Below are positions 25,330 to 37,962 of a stretch of DNA of 64,000 nucleotides, in pieces (position 1 is the stretch's first letter; the number at the start of each line of letters is the position of its first letter). The position numbers and the translations under genes were made by a program. Under the pieces are notes generated by a model. That model had not been told where the DNA came from. It ran no database searches and saw only the letters and a list, made by a program, of their open reading frames with translations. Source of the stretch: Anthoceros angustus (lineage: Eukaryota; Plantae; Anthocerotophyta); assembly GCA_010909165.1 (NCBI GenBank), contig VJWM01000234.1, forward strand, positions 186,001 to 250,000, in the 5' to 3' direction.

Positions 25330-26121
25330 GTGGCAACCGATGTAAATACACTAGGACAATCACGATTAAAGCGTGTAGTCTATAGAAATATAATAGAATG
25401 CACTCAAACGACAAAAACAAAGCCAAATGAATGGCCGACAATGGCCGAGCTGTGCTGTGCCTCGTCACTGGTAATCCCGCAAGGGCAGAATCGCAACAGA
25501 GGACAAGGATCACAGCCCAAGCAATCCATAATCGAACAAATCCATCAAAGGACTTATGAATGGACAGTTCGAAATCAGAATCAGCCTGTGCTTGCTACTG
25601 AATTGAAAGAGTCCTTCAATACCTTGGTAGAGACTCTTTATCTAGATCAAAGGTATCTGGTGTTTGCTCCACAGCCAAGAAATCCCCTCAATCTCTCAGA
25701 AGTTCGTGTTCAGCGAGCATTCGATGGTCATGGTAACCCTAGAGGTTTTCTAACCACACATGCTGCACAACCGAACAGTGTGTCACAGTTAGTCACAAGA
25801 TTAGAGGCATACCAGCAACATATTGATAGAAACTGCAGTGCGATCAATAGACAAATTGTTGCTGCTAATGTAGATGTTCAGTATCTTATAGGGCAGATTG
25901 CACATTTGGATTTCAAATTGCTTGCTTTGTTGAAACCTGAATTGCTTGCTAACCCTGCATCCAGAGGAATAGCATGCAAGCATGTCAGTAAGATAAACAA
26001 GAATCGCAGATTTGATAGTCCAAACTCCTGCCCATCTTGTGCCACTTATGCATTCAACAGATGGGAGATCAGAAACTCTAGGATAACACAAAAAATAGGC
26101 TCAGCAGGATGCTTTACTTAA
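25330..26121 (+). CDS. ORF0: 263 aa hypothetical accessory protein between PBS and gag of Copia-1 (start codon uncertain)
   Basis: Uninterrupted ORF. Homologs occupy the same position in Copia-2 and Copia-3. Contains a coiled-coil-like segment and C-K-H...C-P-S-C. Confidence 0.8.
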   Translation: MATDVNTLGQSRLKRVVYRNIIECTQTTKTKPNEWPTMAELCCASSLVIPQGQNRNRGQGSQPKQSIIEQIHQRTYEWTVRNQNQPVLATELKESFNTLVETLYLDQRYLVFAPQPRNPLNLSEVRVQRAFDGHGNPRGFLTTHAAQPNSVSQLVTRLEAYQQHIDRNCSAINRQIVAANVDVQYLIGQIAHLDFKLLALLKPELLANPASRGIACKHVSKINKNRRFDSPNSCPSCATYAFNRWEIRNSRITQKIGSAGCFT

Positions 26122-26845
26122 CTTGATTGAAAGGCCTGCTAACCTTCCTAACGTTTTGTGATTCTGCTGTATCTTCAGCACACAGGCTAATGTCTTGACA
26201 ACATCTTTAATCAATTGTCCCTTCCCTAGGATCATGTTTGTTGTGACTAACCTGTACATAAAATTCAGGCAGATCACGTATACACACATTAGTATTCTGA
26301 ACTAATCACCTAATCTAATCACGATAAGAGTAGGTTAGTTCACATTTTACAAAATGGGTGAGTCTTACGAAATATGGAAATGGTGCAAACCAATTGAGTA
26401 TTTATCAATTACATTATTGTAGAAATTACAAGAAAGCATTAGTAAATTGATGGTAGCAACTAGACTTATTCTAGTAGCCAAGAGACATGACCTTTGGCAT
26501 AGGGACGTAACCCTAATGAAAGGGTAAGCTAAATAAATTCAAGCTATATACACACATACACTAGATAGCTAGATATAATAACTATAAGTAATAACTCAAC
26601 ACTCTATCTTCAATACTCCCACTTGTTGATTATTGCATAGTGTCTGATCTTCTTCTCCGAGCACCCTTGCGGTAGCAGTTGAGCTTGAGTGTGTGTGTGT
26701 GTGCAGTTGTGACCCAGGCGACCAAGCCCAGCGTAATGGAGCAGCTCGTGAAGGCGGCCTGCAGGTGTGCCATAAGCATAATAGCTTGCCTTTACGTTCG
26801 GTCTTCATTCTTTCCACTTCTAGGCGTGGGAAGCTCCTAGGCAAG

Positions 26846-27623
26846 ATGTCTTCATCTTTCATGGACTGTCCTCACACCTTGGCCCGTGTCTACGGAGGGA
26901 TGCTCTAGGTAGGTTTGCGCACTGACTAGAAACAGCCTCCATCTCCCGGTGAGGCAAAGGGAGTAACCACTCGGCCCCAGTGGGTCTTGGCGGGCCGCGC
27001 CCCAGGCGGTAGAAGGAACGAACGCCGTGCTTGAGGAGGCCGGCGGCTGCAGTGCGACAAGTGGAGCAAGAGCCCTGCAGGAAGACCGAGATGGGAGCTC
27101 CACCTCGTCGCCACTGCACTGTAAGCGGTTATTTTCTCGAGCTTCGTTTGATGCCCGGTAGAAGGGTGAGTTCAAGTATGCATCTGGCGAGCCACATCCT
27201 CCTGCACCACCCAAGTTCCCGAGCCTAAGAGCAGTCGTCGGGAGGCATTGTTACCCTCGGTTGTGCTCGGTTCCCAGGGCCCTATTTGGTGCAGTGCTTG
27301 GTCACAGCTGAAGATGGTGAGAGTCCGTGTCCAGGCTGTGCTTTGATGACCACATCATAAGCTTCTATAGTAAGTATTACTCTTCTGTTTGGGCGAGAAT
27401 CCTTTCCACATTTAGTTGCCAATTTTTCCTAAACCCCCTGCAGTCTCGGATGAATTCACTACCTTTTCCTACGCTCCCACTCGCCCCTCACGGGATCGAG
27501 GGCGAGGAGGAGAGCCAGGCACCAAGGAGAGGATCTCCTGAGGAGAGAAAGAAGAAACTCCCTCGTTCGGTGGTGAGACATTCTCTACTTCATCGGAGCT
27601 ATGCATCTTGGGAGAAGATTTAG
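26846..27623 (+). pseudogene. Antisense accessory ORF in the Copia-2 3' region (~260 codons, frameshifted)
   Basis: Starts MSSS; contains FDDHIISFYSKY...STFSCQF, homologous to the Copia-1 antisense segment. Confidence 0.5.
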
Positions 27624-27749
27624 ACTCCTCTACTCTGAGTAGGAGGTCCCTTTCATCTCTCTCCAAGCTATGATGATCCGATGGCGGGTAATGATTGGGG
27701 CTGTTCCTAGCTCATAGGCTAGGTTAGGATTGGTTTTGCTTGGCCTCGG

Positions 27750-30700
27750 GTAGCCCTCGTGGCTGCCCATGCCCAAACTTTTCATGTGCATGTTGTGTGC
27801 GTCCCTACTCGGGGCTTTTGTGAACAAATCTGCTGGATTGTCCTGTTGGTACATACTCGATGTAATCGACTGATTTGATAAGATCCCTAATGAAGTGGTA
27901 TTCCACTTCCACGTGCTTTTGCGGGAGTGAAAAGCAGGGTTCTTGGCCAGTTCATGGATCCTTGGTTGTCGGTTCTAATAGTGGTGCAAGTAGGGGGTAG
28001 CAATCCCGGCCTTAAACATTAGCTTGCACCAAGCTATTTCTTTAGCAGATGTGAGGACCCGATATTCCTTGATCTTTGGAAGTTGCAACCTGGTTGCTTC
28101 TTGCTTGACCAGCATATGGGCCCTCCACCATGACCAGCGTGCGGACAACGACCTCCGTGTATCTATGTCACCGGCATAATCGAGTCGATATACGTCCCTC
28201 AAGTGGTGTGCGGTATGTGTATGCGAATCGAATCCCAATGTTGGATGTTCCCTTGGATACCTAACCACCCTCTTAACACCCATCCGGCGTTTGACCGGGT
28301 TCTCGAGGTATTGCGAGCACACTTGTGGTGTAGGCTACATCAGTCGTGTAGTGTTGGCGGCATAGATAAGTTTGCCAACTCCCTTTACATGGGGACCGAC
28401 CTCATGTCTTCTATGTCCTTTTTGGTTTCGGGGACACATGGACTTGCTAAATTTCAATCGGATGGCGTGGAGTCAGCTGGATTTGCATCCTTCAAGCCAA
28501 GCTGTTCAGCACATTCTAACAGATATCGAGGCTGTGTGAGAGATATAGATCTTTTTCTATCCCTCGAATAATATTCCGTGACTCAAGTGCTCCAAGGTTA
28601 GTCATTTCAAACTTGGTAGATAGTAGCGGTTAACTTTGGTGATGAATGTGGGGCTATTGCGGATAGAATCAAATCATCAACATACACTGCGAGATAGCAC
28701 ACAACGTCACGGATCTGTAAACATACTTGTCATCGAAACACATTTCACGAATCCAAGTGCACGCAGTTCTTCATCCAGACATTCCACTCTAATGCGATTG
28801 CTTGAGCCATAGAGGGTTTTATTAGGCGAAGACATGATCTTCCTTACTTATCACGAGGGCTGCATGTAGATTTGTGTCCAACTTGCCATGTAAAATGCGG
28901 TCTTTACATCAAACATGTCTAACTCGTAGTCTTGATGTCTTGCCGGGCCAGTTGTCGAAAGGTGGCCGCTTCATCACAGAGCATATGTTTGAAGTAATCG
29001 AGACCGGGCACTTGGAAAAACCACGAGCTACAAGTCGTGCTTTGTACCTATCAAAACTTCCATCACCTTTACCTTCAGTTTGAAGACCCACTTGCAAGAC
29101 ACCACCTTACGTCAGGTAACTTAGCTAGTTCCCATGTTCCATTTTGATCGTGAATCATATTCTAATTGAATTGCCTTTTTCCACTGCGGCATCGGGGCGG
29201 CTAAGAGCTTCTTGGGATTGAGGTTCGATAGGATCCGAAGTGGCTGCATTAGCTGGTTTTCTAAAGTCCTGTGATAATAATGTGTCTATCTCTTGCGGGA
29301 TAACGGCTCGTTGTGGTGGAGCTTGCGGGTTGAATCTCGTTCAACCTCGGCATCCTCGAAGATGAGCATCTTCAGCCTCATCCTCGTCAATGTCTGGATC
29401 GGGGTCCGTGGATCGTAAAAGGTCGGTGGTTCGGGTTACGGAGGAGGTTCTTTCGCAAATGTTCAGCAAAATTTTCTGGTTCATCTCCTTGCTCCTGAGC
29501 ATCATTTTGCTGTTGTTCTTCCCCCAGAGCAATCTCGCAAGAGCGTGAATCATCAGCGTCGGGCAAGGTAGAAAGATCAAAGTCCTCCGTGTGGGAGTAG
29601 CTCCCACTTGCGCCAAGTTCGACCTTCATCAAAGGTCACGCTCCGTGCATAGACCACCTTGTTCGAGGTCGTCATACGACTTATAAGCTTTTATACCTTG
29701 ATGTATCCTATCATGAGGTACTTCTTGGCCTTAGCTAACTTGGTTGGCCTTAGGGATGAAAGCAAAAGCGATGCATCCGAAAGTGCGAAGATGTTGGATA
29801 GGCGCTTGCCCATAGAAAGCTTCAAAGGGGTCGTCCAATCACGGCGGTTGTAGGCGATCTGTACGTAAATACACATGTCATAAGGGCTTGGATGGGATAG
29901 TGGCAAAGAGGCTTGGTGAAGCATAGAGGAGACCATCTCCTGCGGTGTCAAGTTCAAGCGCTCCAGCGCCATTACATTGCGTATACACAGCGTAAGTTGT
30001 GCCTATCCTTGTCCTTCGGTGGGTGCGGAATTCATTAGATGTGAATTCTCCACCATTGTCTCGAGCGTAGGACTTTCGATTTTCTGTCCATCTCTGCAAG
30101 TTTCATGTAGTCTTTGAGCAGAGAAGCATTCACTTTTAGCTTTCAAGATGTAAGCCATGACAAATCTCGTCTTGTCGTCAGCAGAATGAAGTATCGGCCA
30201 CCACCGATTGAGGGTGCGAGTGGCCACATATGTCGATGCAAGTTCAAGCACTTGAAGCTGAGGAGTCTTGTTCTTGAAGGCTTGATGACGCTTTGGACAA
30301 CACAGGCTTCACAGAGGTAAGGATGGCGCCAATTTTACCATCACTGTACAGGTCACTAGCAGCTAGTTTTTGCAACTTTGCGCTGTGAGGGTGACCTAAG
30401 CGTGCATGCCATAACCTAGCTTGTTCTTCTTGCTTTGCAGCTGTCTCAGGCGACCTTGAAGCTAGGCTAGCCTTGGCATGACTGGTGTGAGTGTGCAGTC
30501 TAAAGAGATCATGGTCAGATGATCCATAGGCTAGGATTTTGCGATGATCAAAAGCATCTATAATCCTACATTACAGCCGGAGTGAAGAGGATGTGACTTT
30601 GATTATCCATGTTCAACCTTCTAACAAATCAAGTTTCTTGTCATTTCGGGCACATGATACACATCGTAAGCAAGAGTGTGATGCACGAAGGGACAGCAAC

Positions 30701-31756
30701 TGACACACCGAGCACAAGCCTACTATCGTCACCTAGGTAAACAAATCATTGTGAACTAACTTTGTATGTGACGAATGAACTGTCGAAGCAGATGTACTGT
30801 TGCACTGTATCAAGGAACTCCTATGGGTTTGCCTTGAGTATTTGCGACAAGCATGTGGGGTTAGCAGAGGGTAGGAAAACTCCTGGTCCCTACTGAGTGA
30901 GGGCCGAGCCTTGTTTAGTCACCACAACATGTGTCCGAGAAGTGGAGTTGCCCTCCTTGCAGGTACTCGGCTTCTTCGACACTCGGACTCCCAATGGCAC
31001 GGAATTTGGCACGGTGGCACTTTCCAGCCTTCTTGGGCTTCTTGGTGTAGAGACTCCTTGAGCTACTAGCACGAGGTATTTTGTCTACCTAAGTTGGGCT
31101 TCTTGCCCTTTCCTTTGTTGTGTGTACAAAGCTTGCTTTAGACGTTTGAATTGTCCTCTTGTGACTTCTTCCTGAAGAAGAGCTCCCACTAATTCTGCAA
31201 ATGTTGTTTTGGGGAGATCAACACCTGCAGCCTTGGCAATCTTCCGCCCTTGTAGTTGCGAGGTGTTAAATGAGGTCACGAAATGTGCCCAAGATTCAGG
31301 GAGTGACATCATGAAATGAAGAATGAGAGCCTGGTCCTTAACACTATCCTGTGCAGCACTTTCAAACTTGGAGATTAGGGATCTGAAGGTAGTCAGGTGT
31401 TTTTCAATGGATTCTCCTTCTTTCATCTTCAAGTTTTGTATGTTGCGAAGTGCTGTCATTTGACTTGTGTCATCAGTTCCAGCAAATAGACTTTGGAGCC
31501 GCGTCCAAATATCGGTGAGGTTTTGCAACCGTGCATCTCAACATGTCGATCGACGGACCACTCCGTAGGAGGAACGTGCTCCTGTGGTCCAAGCATCAAG
31601 TGCCTTGATCGCGGTGAGGGGTGCCAATTAGGAGACTTTGACGTCCCATGAACCCACGCTTGTTTTGAAGGGCACCACGCATTCTAAGTACCGGATGTCA
31701 TAATCGCCCCGAATCTATCCTTCTCTTTGAATCCCTCCTAAATTAGAGTCACCCAT
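27750..31756 (-). pseudogene. gag-pol: Copia-2 gag-pol (heavily frameshifted in this sequence)
   Basis: ATG 31756 (MGDS..KEKDRFG); gag 31085-31528 similar to Copia-1 gag; LWHARLGH, DNGGEFTS, YKARLVARGFS, VAIYRD (YVDD position), NPADLFTK. Confidence 0.9.
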
Positions 31757-31856
31757 GTTTAGGATCGTTAGTCCCCTCACATGAGGATTTTATGGATGAA
31801 TTTCTAATGTGTGACTGCAGCTAACGGTGTGAGGATTCGAGAGAAGAGTTATGATG

Positions 31857-32572
31857 CTACTGCATCGGATGGGCTGCAAATGCAGCCGCTTTCTGGTAAG
31901 ATGGGTTCGATCGTTGGTCATGCAAATTGACCAACTCCCTATCTGCCTTTTCCCTTATGTTGTGTTTCCTAATCTCTCAGCGATTAAAGGAATAGGTCAT
32001 GCAAGATGGACACGAGTTTGGATGCTCAAATTTGTGATGCTTGTTAGTTTTTGTAGCATGCTTACAAGCTGTCCCTCTAATTGCAGGGTTAGCAAGAAGA
32101 GCATGCCTCAACAAAGCAAGCAATTTGAAATCCAAGTGACCAATGATCCAACGATTGTAAGTCCTCGAAACAGAAGCTTTGACTTATGTTTTCAAACGTC
32201 TGTCTACATGTATCATGATTCTAGTCTAGAACTTAAATGTGTGATCTTTGGTATGTGGTGCTACGTTTGTGGTTAGGAAACCCGAGGATTGCCGTTACCA
32301 ACAATGGCGAGTTGCACATTTGGGAGATTGTGAGGAGTCCTCGTGGAGGCGGCGCGATGGTGAAGATCGTGATAGTTCTTCTCACTTTCTCTTCTATGTT
32401 GTATTTGGCGATGGCATCCGGGCCGCATCTGCCGTCCGAGGATCGGCCATTCATTTGGCGAAATTCTTGTGTTTTGGAAAATTCCAAGAAACATATTGTA
32501 ATTTTTATATGATTTTATAAAGATATTTGCCATGGCGATCGTTCTAGCGTGTCGATGATTGCTTTGCAACAA
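31857..32572 (-). pseudogene. Copia-2 ORF0 homolog (frameshifts and one W-to-stop change)
   Basis: PNEWP, GNGNPRGFLTT, IGHLDFKLLALLRHALLANPAIRGTACKH...FEHPNSCPSCMTYSFNR* match Copia-1 ORF0. Confidence 0.85.
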
Positions 32573-33046
32573 TCGGCGATGATGCGCTAGAACGGGCTCT
32601 AGAAATGCAAAATTTCTATTAACAAATCAAGCAAAAATAGCTACAAAAGGTTTCTCAAACATTTTCTTGATTTCTTACTAGAAATTAATTTCTAATCAAG
32701 AAACAAACACAAAGAACATTTTATGCACATCAACATATGCACAATTTAATGTGCATTCTTGTGAATGCAATCGCACCTAGCATTGCTCGATACCATTACG
32801 AAATATGGAAATGGTGCAAACCAATTGAGTATTTATCAATTACATTATTGTAGAAAATACAAGAAAGCATTAGTAAATTGATTGTAGCAACTAGACTTAT
32901 TCTAGTAGCCAAGAGACATGACCTTTGGCCTAGGGACGTAACCCTAATGAAAGGGTAAGCTAAATAAATTCAAGCTATATACACACATACACTAGATAGC
33001 TAGATATAATAACTATAAGTAATAACTCAACACTCTATCTTCAATA

Positions 33047-36000
33047 GAGTCTTCATCCAATACTGGTCACCTAAGTGGTGACGGTTTTAGGGAAAAGGAT
33101 AGATTTGGAGGACATTTGGGTCATGAGGATGCAAGGAATTCTCCAGAGTAAGAGACTCTGGAGATTAGTCAATGGCGAAGAGAAGGTCGACACAGCAAAG
33201 GATGACGCAGCAAAGGAGTCATGGGCAGTCAAAAATGAGTTTGCCATGTATGTAATCAGGAGTGGGCTTACCTCTGACATGATGAGGCAGACCTCTGGAT
33301 GTACAACAGCTGCTGATGTGTGGATTCGTCTTCAAGACCTATATTCTGGCAACAATACAACAAGCCAGATGACAGCCTTGCGTAATCTTCAGAACTGTAA
33401 AATGAGAGATGGTGATCCAATTGAGAAGCACATTGGAGTTTTCAGGAACTTAGTCTCAAAACTTGAGAGTGCTTCAAATGCCAGTATCAAGGATGATATG
33501 CTAACTTTGTATCTCATGCTCTCATTACCTCCATCTTGGTCACATTTTGTGACCTCATTGAATGCCTCACAGCTCACAGCTAGGAAACTAGCTAAGGCTG
33601 CTAATGTTACTCTCCCTGAGATGACATTTACAGAGTTAGTGGGAGCCCTTCTTGAGGAAGAGGCTACTAAAGGATCAGGAAAGGGCAAACAGCACGCCCT
33701 CTACACCACAAACCGAGGAAAAGGTGGAAAGCCTACCTTCCGAGGTAAACACAATTCTTCAGGTGGAGGAAACTTTCAAAAGGGTCTCTCACAGAAGAAA
33801 TCCAAGAAGTCTGGAAAATGCCACTGGTACCAAATTCCAGGCCATTGGGAAAGTGAGTGTCGAAAGAAGCAGTCCGGAATACCTCGCAAGGAGGGCAATT
33901 CCACTTCTGAAACACATGTTGTGGTGAAGAAGCAATCCTCCCCATCAGCCCTGACTGTAGGGACTAGGGAGTTTGCTCATCCCCTTATCCTTCCCACCTG
34001 CTTGTCAGCAAAAACAGAAGTTAGACCATTTCATGGATGGTACCTTGACACAGTGCAATCACATATGCTTCGATAGAAGTGCATTCATCACATATAAACC
34101 AGCTTAAAGACCAATTCGTTTACGGGTGATGATAGGTCCCTTATGTCTCCTAGTAGAGTGCATGAATCTTCACATTATCGGATCTCGACTCTCACCGATG
34201 TATACTATGTCCCAGAGATGACAAGGAACCTTATATCATTAGGAAGCTAAACATGGATAACAATTGTCATATCATGTTTACCTACAAAATGTTAGATCAT
34301 TGATGCTTTTGATCACCGTAAGGTCTTAGCTTATGGATCATCTGATCAAGATCTTTTCCGCCTTCAACAAATATTGGTGTTGCCCAAACCCACTTGGATT
34401 CACAGGCTCGGCCTCTACAAAATGTTGAGAAAGCCAAGTTATGGCATGCCCGCTTAGGTCATCCCCATAGTGCTAAGCTCGCTAGCTACTAGTGATTTTT
34501 ATTATGATGGCAAGATAGGCTACCACCCTTACCTTTGTGTGAAGCGTGTGTGTTTTCCAAGCGTCACCAGGCAGCTTTCAAGAATAAGACTCCACATAGA
34601 GCTTCCGAAGTTCTTGAATTGGTTCACACTGATATTTTTGGGCCTCTCTCACAGCCTTCCCTTGGTGGTAGTCGATATTTCCTTACATTCACCGACGACA
34701 AAACACGTTTTGTTACAGCATATATCCTGAAGGCTAAGAGTGAATGTTTCTCTCTTTTCAAAGACTATTTGAAGTATGTAGAGAGATGGACTGGAAAACA
34801 ATTAAAGACCCTTCGATCTGACAATGGTGGTGAATACACATCTAATGAGTTTCAGGCCTATTGTGCAAATGAAGGGATAGGTAGACAACTTACCGTTGTA
34901 TACACGCCACAGCAGAATGGTGTAGCCGAACGCTTGAACCTCACTCTTCAAGAGATGGTTTCATCCTTGCTACATCAAGCTTCTCCGCCTCTTCCTTCTG
35001 AGGCTCTCATGACTGTTTATCTTACAAGCAAAGTTGCCTACCTCTGTGAGACGAGACACCTTTTGAAGCTTTCTTTGGCAGAAAACCTTCTCTCCAACAT
35101 CTTCGCACATTTGGATGCGTTGCTTATGCTTTTATTCCCAAGGAAAAGCGGAGGAAGCTATCTGCAAAGGCACAAAGACTTCTTATGATCGGTTATACTG
35201 AAGGTATCAAGGCATATAAACTTTATGATGCCTCCTGTGATAAGGTGGTCTACTCACGCAGTGTTACTTTTGACGAAGGGCGTTTTTGGCCGCCAGTGGG
35301 AGCTACTCCCACCTATGAGGAGGATGTCAATTTTTCTGCCCTTCCTGATGTCACTCTTTTTGATGATTCTACTCCCGCGTTGATTGCTCCTGCGGGGAAG
35401 ACGACAAAATGATGATGAAACAGCGAGGGATAGAAAATTTTGATTTTCGATCGCCAGCGGAACCTCCGCCTATCATTCAGCCATACCCACTTGATCCGGT
35501 GATGATGATGCGATGATCCGACCGACAACGATCGGGCGTGATTACGATGTTCAACCCCGACAGATCGACACTGACGTCGTTATCCTACAAGGGAACGGCG
35601 TGCTCCAGACATTATCGTGCTAGTTTTAGAGCAACTTCTTCTCATGTTCACGCATTACTCCCGGATCCCATAGAGCCACAAACTCTCCAAGAAGCCTTGG
35701 ACATCACATCGAGTGGGAGAAGGCAATAAAATCAGAGTATGATTCATTGATTGAGAATGGCACATGGGAGATAGCGAAACTGCCACCAGGCAGAAAAATG
35801 GTCTCATGTAAATGGGTGTTTAAGCTAAAAGTCAAGGCTGATGGTACCTTTGATAGGTATAAGGCCCGGCTTGTTGCGAGAGGTTTCTCTCAAGTTCCAG
35901 GACTTGACTATTTTGAAACTTTCGCTCCAGTTGTAAAGCTAGCAACCCTGCGTACCATATGCGCCATATCAGCCTACAAAGATTATGAGCTGCAGATGTT

Positions 36001-37170
36001 TGATGTCAAAACAGCATTTCTTAATGGCAAGCTTGATACTGAAATCTACATGCAGCAACCTCCTGGCTATGAGGTCAAGGGCAAAGAAGACTATGCTTGT
36101 AAACTTATTAAATGCCTGTATGGACTGAAACAATCAGCTATGAAGTGGAATGAAGAGCTGGACAGAGAACTACTAGCTCTAGGATTCACTAAAAGCAATG
36201 CTGATGGCAGCTTATACATATACAGAAATGGAGACATCGTGTGTTACTTAGCTGTTTACGTCGATGATCTCATTCTCTCCAGCAATAGCCAGGCTTATAT
36301 TGACAAGATAAGAACTCCGCAAAAGGTTCAAATGTCAAATCTAGGCCCACACTTGAGTTGCCTTGGCATCCATATTCAAAGGAATCGACTTACCAAGGTT
36401 ATAACTTTGACACAACCTAGATATTTGCTGACAGTCTTTGACGGTTGGCATCAAAGACGCCAAAGTTGCAGCCACACCTCTTCCTAGTGGTTTGAAGCTC
36501 CAAGAGCATGTCACCTCACACAGTGATAAAGATCGGATGGTTAATGTTCCATATAGACAAGGAGTTGGAAAACTCATATATCACAAACACAACCCGGACG
36601 AGGTAGCCTATGCTACTAGTGTCTTGTCCCAATACTTGGAAAATCACGGACAAGAACATTGGGTCATGTCAAACGAGTATTCGTACCTAAAAGGGACGCA
36701 CACGGAGGTATAAAGTACTCTTACCAATTAGGAGCACCTCTGGACTTGGAAGTTTACACGACTCGACTATCGGAGATATGGATACAAGGAAATCGGTTTA
36801 GCTCGTTGTTGGTGTTGCGGAGGACCCATATGCTGGTCCAAAGAAGATATGATGCCTTCTAGCGGCGGAATATCGAGTGTTAAGACCAAAGTAGTTTGGT
36901 GTGTTGTTCTCGAGCTAGGATTGACCTTCCAACCGCACCATAATAAACGACAACCAAGGATCGATGGCCCTTGCTAAAAATCCTGCGTTTTCCATTCAAG
37001 GACGAAACATGTGGAAGTAGAGTACCATTACATCCGGGAGTTAGTAGCGGCGAGGACAATCGGACTTCAATATATCCAACGCAGGACAATCCAAATCCAG
37101 ATGTCCCGACAAAGGCACGTGAATTACATGAAAACATGTGAAGGGTTTAGGACTAGGAGAGTCAAGTACT
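33047..37170 (+). pseudogene. gag-pol: Copia-1 gag-pol (N-terminal MGES at 26354-26364)
   Basis: WVMRMQGIL..LW..V.G; knuckle CHWYQIPGHWESEC; WYLDT; LELVHTDIFGP; SDNGGEYTS; KWVFKLK; FDVKTAFLNG; YVDD. IN before RT is copia order. Confidence 0.95.
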
Positions 37171-37187
37171 TTCCTAGCTAATCCTAC

Positions 37188-37962
37188 CTAATCCTCGTGC
37201 TGCGATGCCTTAGCCCCACGATTACTTATCTCAAGAAAGCTCCTCTTGAGTGTCATTTGAATCATAATTTGTCGATGTTGATTCGAAATGGAATCGGAGT
37301 AGCTTGAGGACATGTAATCCTCGTGGAGAACTTTTTCTCCCCAACTTGCTCCAGACCTGCACAAAGAAGACATGACATCAATAATGTTCGAAAAGTGGGA
37401 GCTAATTGGCAAACAATGGAGAATGGTCAGTGCTTACGATAATAGCTAACGACATGGTAAAGGAACTCTCCGCAATTGCACATAGATTCTCTTCATCACT
37501 ATACCGGCCAGCGTACCATAGGGGAGTTTGGATAGGTAATCGACCCCAACGTCACAATCGTAGTGTCTCTGATCAAGCTCACGTGAGGGAACTTCACCGC
37601 GGGGTCGCTCTTCTCCTTTCTCGCATATGGCACAGACCGAAAAGGTACTCTAGCAGTTGCTGGTGGATAGAAGACACATGGTTAGTATATGCAGCAGCAC
37701 TCGGCCTGGAAGAAAATCCCATGTTTGATGCCGAGGGCAGCCCAGCGGCAGCAGCGACGCCGCCTCCACCTTTCTTCCAGCGACGTAGATGCCGCCTCCA
37801 CTTTCCTTGCGGCCTATTGTGCCGGTGCGCACGGCTCTCTCTTAACCGAGCTTGATGCCACTTCAACCTTTCTCGAGCAGGCTTGTTAGGAACCTTCTTT
37901 CCCCGGCCCTTGCTATCTCTTGGGTAACGCACGGCCCTCACCTCCTCGGAGGAAGAAGACAT
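37188..37962 (-). pseudogene. Antisense accessory ORF in the Copia-1 3' region (~260 codons, frameshifted)
   Basis: Starts MSSSSEE; contains FLYHVVSYYRKH...FSIVCQL; same span and position as the Copia-2 copy. Confidence 0.5.

Larger units (their letters stand above)
26365..33046 (-). mobile_element. Copia-2: Ty1/copia element inserted 11 nt into the Copia-1 gag ORF
   Basis: 251 bp LTRs at 26365-26615 and 32796-33046 (3 substitutions, no indels); TSD GAGTC at 26360-26364 and 33047-33051; PBS (revcomp gctcgatacca) 32785-32795; PPT revcomp ctcccactt at 26616. Confidence 0.95.

Noticed and set aside
27750-31756. Frequent frame changes in pol as programmed frameshifting
   Set aside because: Too many, irregular, and without slippery-site context; consistent with indel errors or decay.
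33827-33862. Copia-1 Gag knuckle with Tyr replacing the second Cys as a lineage novelty
   Set aside because: A single TGC/TAC change in one copy; likely a point mutation or error.
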